Notes: generated by a model not told the origin, from the sequence alone. A stretch of 64,000 nt of DNA from Paracoccaceae bacterium (GCA_047605605.1 JASGFG010000005.1:3633-67632); one strand, 5' to 3'; shown: positions 29,198 through 43,293, counted from the first letter of the stretch. Translations and numbers: made by a program.

Positions 29198-30736
29198 ATG
29201 TTTGCATTCGGGCCTTTCCCGCCGCTGATGTTCGCCTGCATGATCTTTTTCATGCTCTACGGGTTTCCGGTCGCCTTTTCTCTGGGGGCGGTCGGGCTGT
29301 TCTTCGGGGTGCTGGGGATCATTACCGGCCACTTTCACGAAGCCTTCCTTGGCGCGCTGCCGCACAGGTTTTTCGGCATCGTCTCGAACGACCTGCTGCT
29401 GGCCATTCCGTTCTTCACCTTCATGGGCGCAATCCTTGAACGATGCGGGCTGGCCGAGGATCTGCTGGAAGGCACGGGCAAGCTGTTCGGCCGCATCCCC
29501 GGCGGTCTGGCCTATGCGGTGATCCTGGTCGGCGCGGTGCTGGGGGCGATCACCGGCACGGTGGCGGCCTCGGTCATCACCATGGGGGTGATCTCGCTGC
29601 CGATCATGCTGCGTTACGGGTATAACGAGCGGCTGGCGACCGGCGTGATCGCCGCCTCCGGCACGATCACCCAGCTGATCCCGCCCAGCCTCGTGCTGGT
29701 GGTTCTGGCCGACCAGCTGGGCAAGTCGGTCGGCGACATGTATCTGGGGGCGATGGGGCCGTCGATCGCGCAGGTGCTGATCTTCCTCGCCTATATCGTC
29801 GTTCTGTCGATCCTCAAGCCGCACATGATGCCGCCCCTGCCGAAAGAGGTGCGGGGCGATCTGAACCTGGCGCTGGTGATGAAGGTGCTGATGGGGATCA
29901 TCCCGTCCATCGTTCTGATCTTCCTTGTGCTGGGCACGATCTTCATGGGCCTTGCCACGCCGACCGAGGCGGGGGCACTGGGCGTCGTCGGCGCCATCGT
30001 TCTGGCGGCGATGCACCGGCGGCTGACCTGGCCACTGATCCATCAGGCGATGGTCTCGACCGCGCATCTGACGGCGATGGTGGTGTTCATCCTGATCGGC
30101 TCGACCGTGTTTTCGCTGGTGTTCCAGGGCATGGACGGCGGCCGCTGGATCGAGCATCTGCTGTCGCACCTGCCCGGCGGGCCGGTCGGGTTCCTGATCT
30201 TCGTCAACATCTTCATCTTCTTTCTGGCCTTCTTCCTCGACTTCTTCGAGATCGCCTTCATCGTGGTGCCGATGCTGGCCCCGGTGGCGCAATCGCTGGG
30301 GATCGACCTGATCTGGTTCGGGGTGCTGCTGTGCATCAACATGCAGACCAGCTTCATGCACCCGCCATTCGGCTTTGCGCTGTTCTATCTGCGCTCCATC
30401 GCGCCGAAAGAGGTCAAGACCAAGCAGATCTATCTGGGCGCGATCCCGTGGCTGGGGATGCAGTTGCTCTTGGTGGTGATCGTGATCTTCTGGCCGGGGA
30501 TGGTGACGGGCTGGCTGGACCATGGGCCAAAGGTCGACCCGTCGACCGTCAAGATCCAGGTGCAGGGCGTTGGCGGTCTTGGCGGTGGTCTGGGCGGTGG
30601 TCTTGGCCAACCCGGCGGCCTTGGCGGGACTGCCGCCCCCGCCCCCGGCGGCAATGCGGTGCCTGCGCCGGGCGGGCTGGGGGGCGGTCTGCAGCCGCCG
30701 CCGGGTCTGGCACCTGCCGCGCCCGCGACCCCCTGA
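29198..30736 (+). CDS. TRAP transporter large permease (DctM family) with Gly/Pro-rich C-terminal tail
   Basis: Polytopic DctM-like sequence of about 440 aa, followed by a tail of about 60 aa: GVGGLGGGLGGGLGQPGGLGG...PPPGLAPAAPATP. Confidence 0.85.
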   Translation: MFAFGPFPPLMFACMIFFMLYGFPVAFSLGAVGLFFGVLGIITGHFHEAFLGALPHRFFGIVSNDLLLAIPFFTFMGAILERCGLAEDLLEGTGKLFGRIPGGLAYAVILVGAVLGAITGTVAASVITMGVISLPIMLRYGYNERLATGVIAASGTITQLIPPSLVLVVLADQLGKSVGDMYLGAMGPSIAQVLIFLAYIVVLSILKPHMMPPLPKEVRGDLNLALVMKVLMGIIPSIVLIFLVLGTIFMGLATPTEAGALGVVGAIVLAAMHRRLTWPLIHQAMVSTAHLTAMVVFILIGSTVFSLVFQGMDGGRWIEHLLSHLPGGPVGFLIFVNIFIFFLAFFLDFFEIAFIVVPMLAPVAQSLGIDLIWFGVLLCINMQTSFMHPPFGFALFYLRSIAPKEVKTKQIYLGAIPWLGMQLLLVVIVIFWPGMVTGWLDHGPKVDPSTVKIQVQGVGGLGGGLGGGLGQPGGLGGTAAPAPGGNAVPAPGGLGGGLQPPPGLAPAAPATP

Positions 30737-30758
30737 ACCAAAAGCGCATGGAATCGAA

Positions 30759-30791
30759 AGGGGCGGCACCGCGGGATGCCGCCCCTTTTTG
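30759..30791 (+). terminator. rho-independent terminator of dctM
   Basis: AGGGGCGGCA-CCGCGGGA-TGCCGCCCCT followed by TTTTG. Confidence 0.75.
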
Positions 30792-30813
30792 CTGACACAT
30801 CGCGACGGGCACG

Positions 30814-30844
30814 AAAAAGCCCCGGCACCTTGCGGCACCGGGGC
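30814..30844 (-). terminator. rho-independent terminator of dctP
   Basis: On the minus strand, GCCCCGG-loop-CCGGGGC is followed by TTTTT, about 25 nt after the dctP stop. Confidence 0.65.
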
Positions 30845-30868
30845 GAACCCGTCGAACGGGGGAAAGCC

Positions 30869-34006
<3,138 letters not shown>

Positions 34007-34021
34007 GGCCGGGGGGCTATC

Positions 34022-34050
34022 GCCTCGCCCCCCTTCCTTCGGGGCGAGGC
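34022..34050 (+). terminator. GC hairpin after the yibQ-like gene
   Basis: Perfect 10-bp stem GCCTCGCCCC-CCTTCCTTC-GGGGCGAGGC with no T-tract. Confidence 0.4.
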
Positions 34051-34140
34051 AGCCGCCAGGACCGACGGCTTGGCCGCGGGTCTTCACGCCGGACTGCGGC
34101 CCTGCCCGGGGCGCACGGTTGGCATCTTTGACCGTCGATG

Positions 34141-34166
34141 CGAAAGGGCCGCCCTTTCAGGCGGCC
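34141..34166 (-). terminator. terminator after trpE
   Basis: On the minus strand, GGCCGCC-TGAAAG-GGCGGCC is followed by CTTTCG, 10 nt after the trpE stop. Confidence 0.5.
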
Positions 34167-34175
34167 AGATCCGGC

Positions 34176-35684
<1,509 letters not shown>

Positions 35685-35691
35685 GCCGCCC

Positions 35692-37557
35692 TCAGTTGAA
35701 TTGCGCGTTCACGGCGTCGATCGCCTGCTGGTCGATGGTGATCCCCGCGTCATTGGCCAGCGCGCCGGTCCAAAGCTGCATCGCATCGTCCGACAGCCCC
35801 TGGTCGATCTGCGCCTTGATCGAGGCGCGCAGCGCATCGGCATCCGGCCCTTCGGGCGCGGCCGGGATCACCCGGTCGACCCGCACAAGCGCGGTGAAGC
35901 CGGGGCCTTCGATGGCGCGGATCTCGCCCTCCTTCATCTCGAAGACGGTCTTCATCGCGCCCTCGGGGGCGCCCTGAAGGGTGCCCTCGCGCGGCAGTTG
36001 CGGGGTCACGTCGACGATCCCGAAGGTTTCCAGGCGCTGGCCGCCCTCGACCGCCGTCCTGATCTCGGCCGCGCGGGCATCCAGCGCGCGCGACAGGGCG
36101 TCGGCCTTCCAGGCGGCGGCAACTTTGTCGCGCACCTTGTCGAAGGCAAGGGGGGTGGGGGGCACGGCGCCCTGCACCTCGATGGCGGCGACCCCGCCAT
36201 CTTCCAGCGTCACGGCCTCGGGGAAGTCGCCTTCCTGCGCGGCATCGGCGGCGGTGCGGAAGGCCTGCGAGGCGGCGATCGGGTCGTTGTCGTCCGCCCC
36301 CGGCGCATAGTCGAAGCTGCCCGAACGCATCCCCTGTTCCCTGGCCAGATCGGCCAGGGTGGCGCCACCGGCAAGGGCGTCGTCGATGGCCTCGACCTTG
36401 CCCTCGATCTCCTTGCGGGCGGCATCGGTGCGTAACTCGGCGGTCAGCTCGTCCTTGACCTGATCGAAGGGCGTCGTCTGCGCATCAAGGATCGCATTCA
36501 CGCGGAACAGCGCCGGGCCAAGATCCGACATGACCGGGCCTGCGACGCCGGGTTCGGTCAGGGCAAAGACCGCCTCGCCCGCAGCGCCCAGGTCCGCCTT
36601 GGCGACATCGCCCATATCGGTGTCCTGAAGGGAAAGTCCGCGTTCCCTGACCAGATCCTCAAACGAGGTGCCGGCATCCAGCTTGGCCTTGGCGGCATCC
36701 GCCGCCGCCTGATCGGGAAAGACCAGCCGTTCGACCAGCCGTTTTTCCGGTACCTGATACTGATCGGCGCGCTGGTCATAAAGCGCCTTCACCGCGGCCT
36801 CGTCCACCGTAACCTTGTCCTGAACATCGGCGGGTGTCAGGACCGCATAAGCGACCTTCTTGGCGGCGGGCCGGGTATAGTCGGCGACATGCGCGTCATA
36901 CCAGGCCTTCAGCTCGTCATCCGTCGGGGCGGCGATCGGCGCCGCCAGATCGGCTTCGCCCAGACGCAGGACCGAAACCGCGCGACGCTCGCCCATCCAG
37001 GCGTAAAGCGTATCGGTCAGCGCGGCGGGCGCCTGAAAACCGCCCTTGACCGCACCGACCAGCAACTGGCGGGACATGTCGTCGCGAAGTTGCTGCTCGA
37101 AGCGCGGCTCGGTCAGCTTGTTCTGGCGCAAGGTGAAGGCATAGGTTTCCCGGCTGAATCCGCCGGTCGGGCCCTGAAACGCAGGGATTTTCTGCAAGGC
37201 CGAGGCGACGACGCCATCGCCGACCGAGAGGCCCACCTTGTCGGCCTCGGCATCCTGGGCCGAAAGGTCGATCAGGCCGGACAGGACCTGCCGGTCGATG
37301 CCGAAGGCGCGCGCCTGTTCCAGGGTGATGTTCTGGCCGAACTGCTGGGACAGCTTGTTCAGCTGCTGCTGCAACTGGCGGGCATAGTCGTTGGCGGTGA
37401 TCTTCTTGCCGCCGACGGTGGCCACCGCGGAGCTGCCGCCGCCAAAGTTGTGCACGCCGAACCCGCCCAGCCCCAGGATGACAAAGGCCATCAGCAGCCA
37501 GACCGCGATCTCGCCGGGCTTCTTCTTCTTGCGCGGGGTCTCGGTCGTTTTCGCCAT
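35692..37557 (-). CDS. ppiD: periplasmic chaperone PpiD-like (SurA N-terminal domain / PPIase-like)
   Basis: Lys-rich N-terminus, a single transmembrane helix (IAVWLLMAFVILGLGGFG), and a long periplasmic domain. Start at MAKTTETP. Confidence 0.7.
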   Translation of the reverse strand: MAKTTETPRKKKKPGEIAVWLLMAFVILGLGGFGVHNFGGGSSAVATVGGKKITANDYARQLQQQLNKLSQQFGQNITLEQARAFGIDRQVLSGLIDLSAQDAEADKVGLSVGDGVVASALQKIPAFQGPTGGFSRETYAFTLRQNKLTEPRFEQQLRDDMSRQLLVGAVKGGFQAPAALTDTLYAWMGERRAVSVLRLGEADLAAPIAAPTDDELKAWYDAHVADYTRPAAKKVAYAVLTPADVQDKVTVDEAAVKALYDQRADQYQVPEKRLVERLVFPDQAAADAAKAKLDAGTSFEDLVRERGLSLQDTDMGDVAKADLGAAGEAVFALTEPGVAGPVMSDLGPALFRVNAILDAQTTPFDQVKDELTAELRTDAARKEIEGKVEAIDDALAGGATLADLAREQGMRSGSFDYAPGADDNDPIAASQAFRTAADAAQEGDFPEAVTLEDGGVAAIEVQGAVPPTPLAFDKVRDKVAAAWKADALSRALDARAAEIRTAVEGGQRLETFGIVDVTPQLPREGTLQGAPEGAMKTVFEMKEGEIRAIEGPGFTALVRVDRVIPAAPEGPDADALRASIKAQIDQGLSDDAMQLWTGALANDAGITIDQQAIDAVNAQFN

Positions 37558-37682
37558 GGCTTCAGCTTTCGTTGGGTCAAGGGTCCGCGCCTGTCTAGAG
37601 AAGCCCGCCCTGCGGGGCAAGATGCGCAGGCGGCGGCACAGGCGTTCTCGCGAAGATTCGGGTGGTCAAAAGATTCGGGCGG

Positions 37683-38861
37683 TCAGAACCCCAGGCCGCG
37701 CAACCTGTCGAACATCCGGCCGATGTCGGCGGTGTCGATATTGGCAAAGGCAATGCGCAACTGCCGCCGTCCGTCGGGCGAGCCTTCGGGCTGGAACATG
37801 GTGCCGGGCAGCATCAGGATGCCCGCCTCATGGACCAGCCGCTTGCAGAAGTCGTCCGAAGGCAGGGCAAAGGGATGTTCGGCATAGGCGAAATAGGCGC
37901 CGCAGCCCAGAAGCCGCCAGCCCTCCAGCCGACCGAAGCCCGCCACCATGGCGCGGCGTCGGCTCAGGATCTCGGCCCGTTCGCCCGCAACCCACTGGCC
38001 AAGGTTTCGCATCCCCCACAGCGCGCCGATCTGGCCCAGTTGGCCGGGGCAGATCGCCACGGTGTCGAGGAACTTTTCCACTTCGGCCAGCCGCGCCGCG
38101 CTGGCAACGATGGCGCCGACGCGATGCCCGGTCAGGCGATAGGCCTTGGAAAAGGAATAAAGCTGGATCAGCACATCCTGCCAGTCGGGGTCGGCGAACA
38201 GGTCATGCGGGCGGCCGTCGCGGGCATCGAAATCGCGATAGGTCTCATCCACGATCAGGCCCAGCCCATGCGCCCGCGCCAGATCGCGGAATGCCGCCAG
38301 CGTTTCGGCCGGATATTCCGCCCCGCCGGGGTTGTTCGGGCTGACCAGCACCAGCGCCCGCGTGCGCGGCGTGATCAACCGCGCCGCCGCCTCGGCCTCG
38401 GGGATCAGGCCGGGGCCGCAGGGCAGGGGCACGGCAGAGACGCCCTGCATGTCGAGCCACATCTTGTGATTGAAATACCACGGGGTCGGCAGGATCACCT
38501 CATCCCCGGCCCCGGCGAGCGTGGCCATGACCGCAGTGAACGCCTGGTTGCAGCCCTGCGTGATGGCCACCTGCGACGCGGCGACCGCGCCGCCATAGGC
38601 CGCCGACCATTGCAGGGCGATTTCCTCGCGCAGTTCCGGCAGGCCCAGGACCGGGCCGTAGAGATGCGCGGCATCGTTGTGCAGCGCGGCGTCTGCGATG
38701 GCCTGCCGCAGCGCCAGCGGCGGCGGTTCCACCGGGGCGGCCTGGCTGACGTTGATCAGCGGGCGATCCGGCGGGAAATGCGCCCCCTGCAACCAGCGCC
38801 GCGCCTCCATCACCGGGGGCGGAAAGGTGGCGGCCATAGCGGGGTTCAGGGGCAGGGTCAT
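37683..38861 (-). CDS. PLP-dependent aminotransferase, class I/II
   Basis: SFSKAYRLTGHRVG contains the PLP lysine motif, and SPNNPGG is present. Start at MTLPLNP. The 100-codon upstream extension crosses repeats. Confidence 0.8.
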   Translation of the reverse strand: MTLPLNPAMAATFPPPVMEARRWLQGAHFPPDRPLINVSQAAPVEPPPLALRQAIADAALHNDAAHLYGPVLGLPELREEIALQWSAAYGGAVAASQVAITQGCNQAFTAVMATLAGAGDEVILPTPWYFNHKMWLDMQGVSAVPLPCGPGLIPEAEAAARLITPRTRALVLVSPNNPGGAEYPAETLAAFRDLARAHGLGLIVDETYRDFDARDGRPHDLFADPDWQDVLIQLYSFSKAYRLTGHRVGAIVASAARLAEVEKFLDTVAICPGQLGQIGALWGMRNLGQWVAGERAEILSRRRAMVAGFGRLEGWRLLGCGAYFAYAEHPFALPSDDFCKRLVHEAGILMLPGTMFQPEGSPDGRRQLRIAFANIDTADIGRMFDRLRGLGF

Positions 38862-38951
38862 CGGTGGCCTCGGGCAGAGTGATCCGCGGACAGTCGCGCC
38901 TTTTTGCGCCGAGTGCCAGAGGGGGAAACGGCATCCGCGCGGAAAACGCGA

Positions 38952-39008
38952 CCGGGGGCTTCGCGCCCCCGGACCCCCGCGGGATATTTGGGTCCAGAAA
39001 GAGGGGGA
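38952..39008 (+). repeat. intergenic hairpin-ATATTT-purine repeat, copy C
   Basis: Reads CCGGGGG-CTTCGCG-CCCCCGG-ACCCCCGCGGGATATTTGGGTCCAGAAAGAGGGGG. Confidence 0.85.
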
Positions 39009-39136
39009 AGGGAGGGTGGAGCGCCTCGACGGGGGATTGCTCCAGCCGCGAGGCGCCCTCTTCCCGGAACGGTCATCGGCGTCCCCGCCTGTACCGTGAC
39101 ATGAGTATGCGCAACCAGGGTTAATACTTCCTGAAT

Positions 39137-39194
39137 CCCCCCCTCTTTCTGGATATAAATATCCCACGGGGGTCCGGGGGTGTGAAACCCCCGG
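39137..39194 (-). repeat. intergenic hairpin-ATATTT-purine repeat, copy D (inverted relative to C)
   Basis: The minus strand reads CCGGGGG-TTTCACA-CCCCCGG-ACCCCCGTGGGATATTTATATCCAGAAAGAGGGGGGG. Confidence 0.85.
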
Positions 39195-39223
39195 CTTGCG
39201 ACGCCGGTCGCAGGGTGCGGGGA

Positions 39224-39745
39224 TCAGTCCGTGCCGCGAAACGGCTGGACGTATTGCAGCGCCATATCCCAGGGAAAGAAGATCCAGGTGTCCTGGCTGA
39301 CGCTGGTGATATAGGTGTCTGCCTGTTTCTCGCCCTCGGGCTTGGCATAGACGCAGGCGAAATGCGCCTTGGGGTACAGGCGCCGGATCAGTTCCAGCGT
39401 CTTGCCGGAATCCACCAGGTCGTCGACGACCAGGATGCCCGCGCCATCGCCCATCAGCACGGGGTCGGGCGATTTGATCACCTGCGCCTCGCGCCGCTGG
39501 TCGGCCTTGCCGCCGCCCGAGTGATAGGACTTGACCGAGATCGTGTCGACCATGCGGATGTCCAGCTCGCGGCTGACGATCATCGCGGGGACCAGCCCGC
39601 CGCGGGTGATGCCGACCACGGCCTTCCAGGTTCCGCCTTCGCCCGGTCCCTTGCCGTCCAGCCGCCAGGCCAGGGCGCGGGCATCGCGGTGGATCTGGTC
39701 CCAGCTGACATGGAACCCCTTTTCATGCGGCAGGCGGTCGTTCAT
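39224..39745 (-). CDS. gpt: xanthine-guanine phosphoribosyltransferase
   Basis: PRTase motif [13 protein letters not shown]. 173 aa. N-terminus resembles Gpt. Confidence 0.85.
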   Translation of the reverse strand: MNDRLPHEKGFHVSWDQIHRDARALAWRLDGKGPGEGGTWKAVVGITRGGLVPAMIVSRELDIRMVDTISVKSYHSGGGKADQRREAQVIKSPDPVLMGDGAGILVVDDLVDSGKTLELIRRLYPKAHFACVYAKPEGEKQADTYITSVSQDTWIFFPWDMALQYVQPFRGTD

Positions 39746-39756
39746 CGGCTTCCCCC

Positions 39757-40371
39757 TCAGGTGGCGGCGATCTTCAGGCCGAGAAGCGCGAGCATCCCGC
39801 CGAAGGTCCGGTCGATCAGGCTTTTGAGGCTGATATAGCCCGCGCGGGTCCGATCAAAGGAAAAGACGCGGGCGACGGCGGTGTTCCACACGGTTTCGTT
39901 CAGGAACACCACGGTCAGCAGCGCGGCATAGACCCACAGCGGCGTCCCTTGCGGCACGGTGCCGACGAAGATGGCCGAGAACAGCACCGCGGGCTTGGGG
40001 TTCGCCAGTTGCGTGAACAGGCCCAGCCGGAAGGCCGACCCCGCCGAACGCGGCGGCCGCCCCGAGGCTGACAGGTCCAGCGGTTCGGCCGCATGGCGCC
40101 ACATCTTCCACGCCATCCACAGAAGATAGGTCCCGCCCGCAAGCTTGAAGGCCCAAAGCGCGGCGGGTGCGGCCTGAAACAGCACGGCCAGCCCGAACAG
40201 CGCCGCCATCGCCCAGACCACGCCGCCGGCGCCGATCCCGGCGGCCAGGAAGAACCCGGTCCGCATCCCCTCGGTCACGCCGGTGCGGGCGGCCATCAGC
40301 ACGGCAGGGCCGGGGCTGATCGCCGCCATCAGGTGCAGGAAGGCAACCGCGAGAAAGGCCGTCAGCGTCAT
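39757..40371 (-). CDS. LysE/RhtB family amino-acid exporter
   Basis: 204 aa with six hydrophobic segments and an N-terminal ISPGP motif. Confidence 0.8.
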   Translation of the reverse strand: MTLTAFLAVAFLHLMAAISPGPAVLMAARTGVTEGMRTGFFLAAGIGAGGVVWAMAALFGLAVLFQAAPAALWAFKLAGGTYLLWMAWKMWRHAAEPLDLSASGRPPRSAGSAFRLGLFTQLANPKPAVLFSAIFVGTVPQGTPLWVYAALLTVVFLNETVWNTAVARVFSFDRTRAGYISLKSLIDRTFGGMLALLGLKIAAT

Positions 40372-40377
40372 CGGCGG

Positions 40378-41199
40378 TTAGTCCTTGCGCCCCGTCACCA
40401 CGTCGATGTCGGGCGCGTCGACCGATTTCATGCCCACGACGTGATAGCCGCAGTCGACATGCAGGTTCTCGCCCGTGGTGCCCGACCCGAGGTCCGACAG
40501 CAGGTAGAGCGCGGACTTGCCCACCTCTTCCTGCGTCACGTTGCGGCGGAGCGGCGAGTTCAGCTCGTTCCATTTCAGGATATAGCGGAAATCGCCGATA
40601 CCCGATGCGGCCAGCGTCTTGATCGGCCCGGCGGAAATCGCGTTCACGCGGATGCCATCCTTGCCCAGATCCTCGGCCAGATACATGATCGACGCCTCGA
40701 GCGCGGCCTTGGCCACGCCCATGACGTTGTAATGCGGCATGACCTTTTCGGCGCCGTAATAGGTCAGCGTCAGCAGGCTGCCCCCCGCGGGCATCATCGC
40801 CGCCGCGCGGCGGCAGACGGCGGTAAAGGAATAGACCGAGATGTCCATCGCCAGCGCGAACCCCGCGCGCGAGGTGTCGACATAGCGGCCGCGCAATTCG
40901 TTCTTGTCGGCAAAGCCGATGGCGTGGACCAGGAAGTCGATGGTGCCCCATTTCTCCTTCAGCCGGGCGAACAGCGCGTCGATCGACTCTTCCGAGGCGA
41001 CGTCGCATTCCACCATCTCGTCCATGCCGATGGAATTGATCAGCGGCTCCACCCGCTTTTTCAGCGCATCGCCCTGATAGGAAAAGGCGATTTCCGCGCC
41101 TTGGGCGGCCAGTGCCTGTGCGATGCCCCAGGCGATGGATTTGTCGTTGGCAAGGCCCATGATGAGACCGCGCTTGCCCTGCATAAGTCCGGTTGACAT
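40378..41199 (-). CDS. fabI: enoyl-[acyl-carrier-protein] reductase (NADH) FabI
   Basis: LIMGLANDKSIAWGIA glycine-rich motif and the YxxxxxxK active site region (YNVMGVAKAALE). Start at MSTGLMQGK with a GAGGGGA Shine-Dalgarno. Confidence 0.9.
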   Translation of the reverse strand: MSTGLMQGKRGLIMGLANDKSIAWGIAQALAAQGAEIAFSYQGDALKKRVEPLINSIGMDEMVECDVASEESIDALFARLKEKWGTIDFLVHAIGFADKNELRGRYVDTSRAGFALAMDISVYSFTAVCRRAAAMMPAGGSLLTLTYYGAEKVMPHYNVMGVAKAALEASIMYLAEDLGKDGIRVNAISAGPIKTLAASGIGDFRYILKWNELNSPLRRNVTQEEVGKSALYLLSDLGSGTTGENLHVDCGYHVVGMKSVDAPDIDVVTGRKD

Positions 41200-41321
41200 T
41201 CGGTCCCCTCTGGCCGTCCATCCTGCTCGTGAGCACAGACGTGTAGGCCATACCGCCGCCTGCATCAAGTGCGCCGCCTGACGCCGGGTCAGGCAGGGAA
41301 AAGGGCGGGCAGGGGGCGGAG

Positions 41322-41954
41322 ATGGCGGATGGCAATGCCGACAGGGGCGGGATCTTTGCGGGGCAGGATCCGTTCGTTCTGGCGCAAGGCTGGCTGGCCG
41401 AAGCGGAGCGAACCGAGCCGAACGATCCGAATGCCATCGCTCTCGCCACGGTTGATTCGGACGGGCTGCCGAATGTGCGGATGGTGTTGCTGAAGGAAAT
41501 CGAGGCGACGGGGCCGGGCGGCGGCGCCTTCGTGTTCTACACCAATTACGACAGCCGCAAGGGCCAGGAGATCGCGGATTCGGGCAAGGCCGCCTTTGTG
41601 ATGCACTGGAAATCCCTGCGCCGCCAGATCCGGGTGCGGGGGCTTGTCACGCGTGAGGAGGGGCCGCAGGCCGATGCCTATTACGCCAGCCGCAGCCTTA
41701 AGTCGCGGCTGGGGGCCTGGGCCTCGCACCAGTCGCAACCGCTGACCTCTCGCGCCAGCCTGCTGGCCGAGGTGGCAAAGGTCACGGCAGCGCATGGGCC
41801 AATGCCGAAACGACCGCCGTTCTGGGGTGGATTCCGCATCGTCCCTCTGGAGATCGAGTTCTGGGCGGATGGCGCCTTCCGGTTGCACGACAGATTTCGG
41901 TGGCAGCGCAACAATCTGGAAAGTCCGTGGAGTATCAATAGATTGAACCCTTAA
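41322..41954 (+). CDS. pdxH: pyridoxamine 5'-phosphate oxidase
   Basis: PNPOx motifs ([19 protein letters not shown]...RLHDR). Confidence 0.9.
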   Translation: MADGNADRGGIFAGQDPFVLAQGWLAEAERTEPNDPNAIALATVDSDGLPNVRMVLLKEIEATGPGGGAFVFYTNYDSRKGQEIADSGKAAFVMHWKSLRRQIRVRGLVTREEGPQADAYYASRSLKSRLGAWASHQSQPLTSRASLLAEVAKVTAAHGPMPKRPPFWGGFRIVPLEIEFWADGAFRLHDRFRWQRNNLESPWSINRLNP

Positions 41955-42067
41955 CATTCACGCATCGTGAATTGTTTCGATCACAAACGTGCAGAATTGC
42001 TCTTGCAAGATCCTGCGTGATCACGTCATCTCTGGCGCAGGGCTAATCTGGGGAAACGGCTCTGGAC

Positions 42068-42601
42068 ATGACAGAGGAAACGAAGGCCATGCAGGAAGTG
42101 CATGGCCGGGTTAAATGGTTTGATCCGGCCAAAGGGTTCGGTTTCATCGTCGCCGAGGGATCTTCGGCGGACATTCTGCTTCATGCGAACGTGCTGCGGA
42201 ATTACGGACAAAGTTCTGTTGCCGATGGCGCTGGAATTTCTGTCCGGGTTCAGATGACACAGCGCGGCGCGCAGGCGGTGGAAGTGCTGATGATCGAACC
42301 GCCCGCGGGCGTTTCAATCCCGCTGGGCGAGGATGCCGGCGTCACGACGGCGGAAGAAATCGCCGCCTGCCCGCTGGAACCGGCGCGGGTGAAGTGGTTC
42401 GACAAGGCCAAGGGTTTCGGCTTTGCGAACGTCTTTGGCCGTGCCGAGGACGTCTTCATCCATATCGAAGTGCTGCGGGTTTCGGGCTTTGCCGATCTTC
42501 AGGCGGGCGAGGCGATCTGCCTGCGCATCATCGAGGGCAAGCGCGGCCGCATGGCGGTTCAGGTGGTCTCTTGGGAAGCTGCGGTGCGCGATCGGGCCTG
42601 A
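42068..42601 (+). CDS. cold-shock domain protein with two CSDs
   Basis: Two copies of the VKWFDxAKGFGF RNP-1-like motif (residues about 14 and about 108). Confidence 0.85.
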   Translation: MTEETKAMQEVHGRVKWFDPAKGFGFIVAEGSSADILLHANVLRNYGQSSVADGAGISVRVQMTQRGAQAVEVLMIEPPAGVSIPLGEDAGVTTAEEIAACPLEPARVKWFDKAKGFGFANVFGRAEDVFIHIEVLRVSGFADLQAGEAICLRIIEGKRGRMAVQVVSWEAAVRDRA

Positions 42602-43050
42602 TGGCCCTGAGCCTTTGCTGTCTGGCGGGCAGCGTTGCGGCGCAATGCCGTCCCGACGTCGTGGACATCCGCTGGCCCGGCGGCAAGGCCCGGTTCCAGG
42701 TCGAACTGGCCGAGACCCCCGAGGCACAGCAGCGCGGTCTGATGTTCCGGGCCGAACTGGCGCCTTCGGCGGGAATGCTGTTTGTATTCCCCGAGGCCAA
42801 ACATGCCAGTTTCTGGATGAAGGACACGCTGATCCCGCTGGACATGCTGTTTGCCGACGCATCCGGGCGGATCACCCGCATTCATCCCGATGCCATCCCG
42901 CATGACGAGACGCCCATCGACGGCGGCGGGGGGGTGAAGTTCGTGCTGGAGATCAACGGCGGCCTGGCCGCTCGCCTGCACATGCCCGAGGGCGCCGAAA
43001 TGCGCAGCCCGGTTATCGAGCCACGGACCGCGGCCTGGGCCTGCGACTGA
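42601..43050 (+). CDS. DUF192 domain-containing protein
   Basis: Signal-like N-terminus, then [14 protein letters not shown]...GMLFVF...[14 protein letters not shown], which is typical of DUF192. The ATG overlaps the preceding stop. Confidence 0.75.
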   Translation: MALSLCCLAGSVAAQCRPDVVDIRWPGGKARFQVELAETPEAQQRGLMFRAELAPSAGMLFVFPEAKHASFWMKDTLIPLDMLFADASGRITRIHPDAIPHDETPIDGGGGVKFVLEINGGLAARLHMPEGAEMRSPVIEPRTAAWACD

Positions 43051-43091
43051 CCGCTTTCCATTGCGCGAAAAGCCGTTTAGGAAGGCCGCGT

Positions 43092-43168
43092 CGGGGCGTA
43101 GCGCAGCCTGGTAGCGCGACGGTTTTGGGTACCGTAGGCCGGAAGTTCGAATCTTCTCGCCCCGACCA
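43092..43168 (+). tRNA. tRNA-Pro (anticodon UGG)
   Basis: Folded by hand into a cloverleaf. Acceptor CGGGGCG/CGCCCCG, D stem GCGC/GCGC, anticodon stem ACGGT/ACCGT with loop TTTGGGT, T arm GGAAG-TTCGAAT-CTTCT, and an encoded 3' ACCA. Confidence 0.9.
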
Positions 43169-43169
43169 T
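43146..43169 (+). repeat. attL core (tRNA-Pro 3' end)
   Basis: Exact 24-nt match to 47176..47199. Confidence 0.9.
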
Positions 43170-43249
43170 CTTCTTGCCATGTGCAACCCACTGAATTACC
43201 ATAAATCCCTGTAAAACAAAGCTCTGCGAGGGCAGGGGGCACCCCCTCA

Positions 43250-43269
43250 CTTTGCACAGACTTTGCACA
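43250..43269 (+). repeat. two CTTTGCACA motifs 11 bp apart (candidate integrase arm-type sites, left arm)
   Basis: CTTTGCACA at 43250 and 43261. The same pair with the same spacing occurs at 47073 and 47084. Confidence 0.6.
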
Positions 43270-43293
43270 AAACGTGCACAGAGGGGGCGAGAA

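Noticed and set aside
41957-41971. The palindrome TTCACG-CAT-CGTGAA just after pdxH, as an operator or terminator for the cold-shock gene region.
   Set aside because: The arms are only 6 bp with a weak T-tail and there is a single occurrence. It cannot be distinguished from chance without comparative data.
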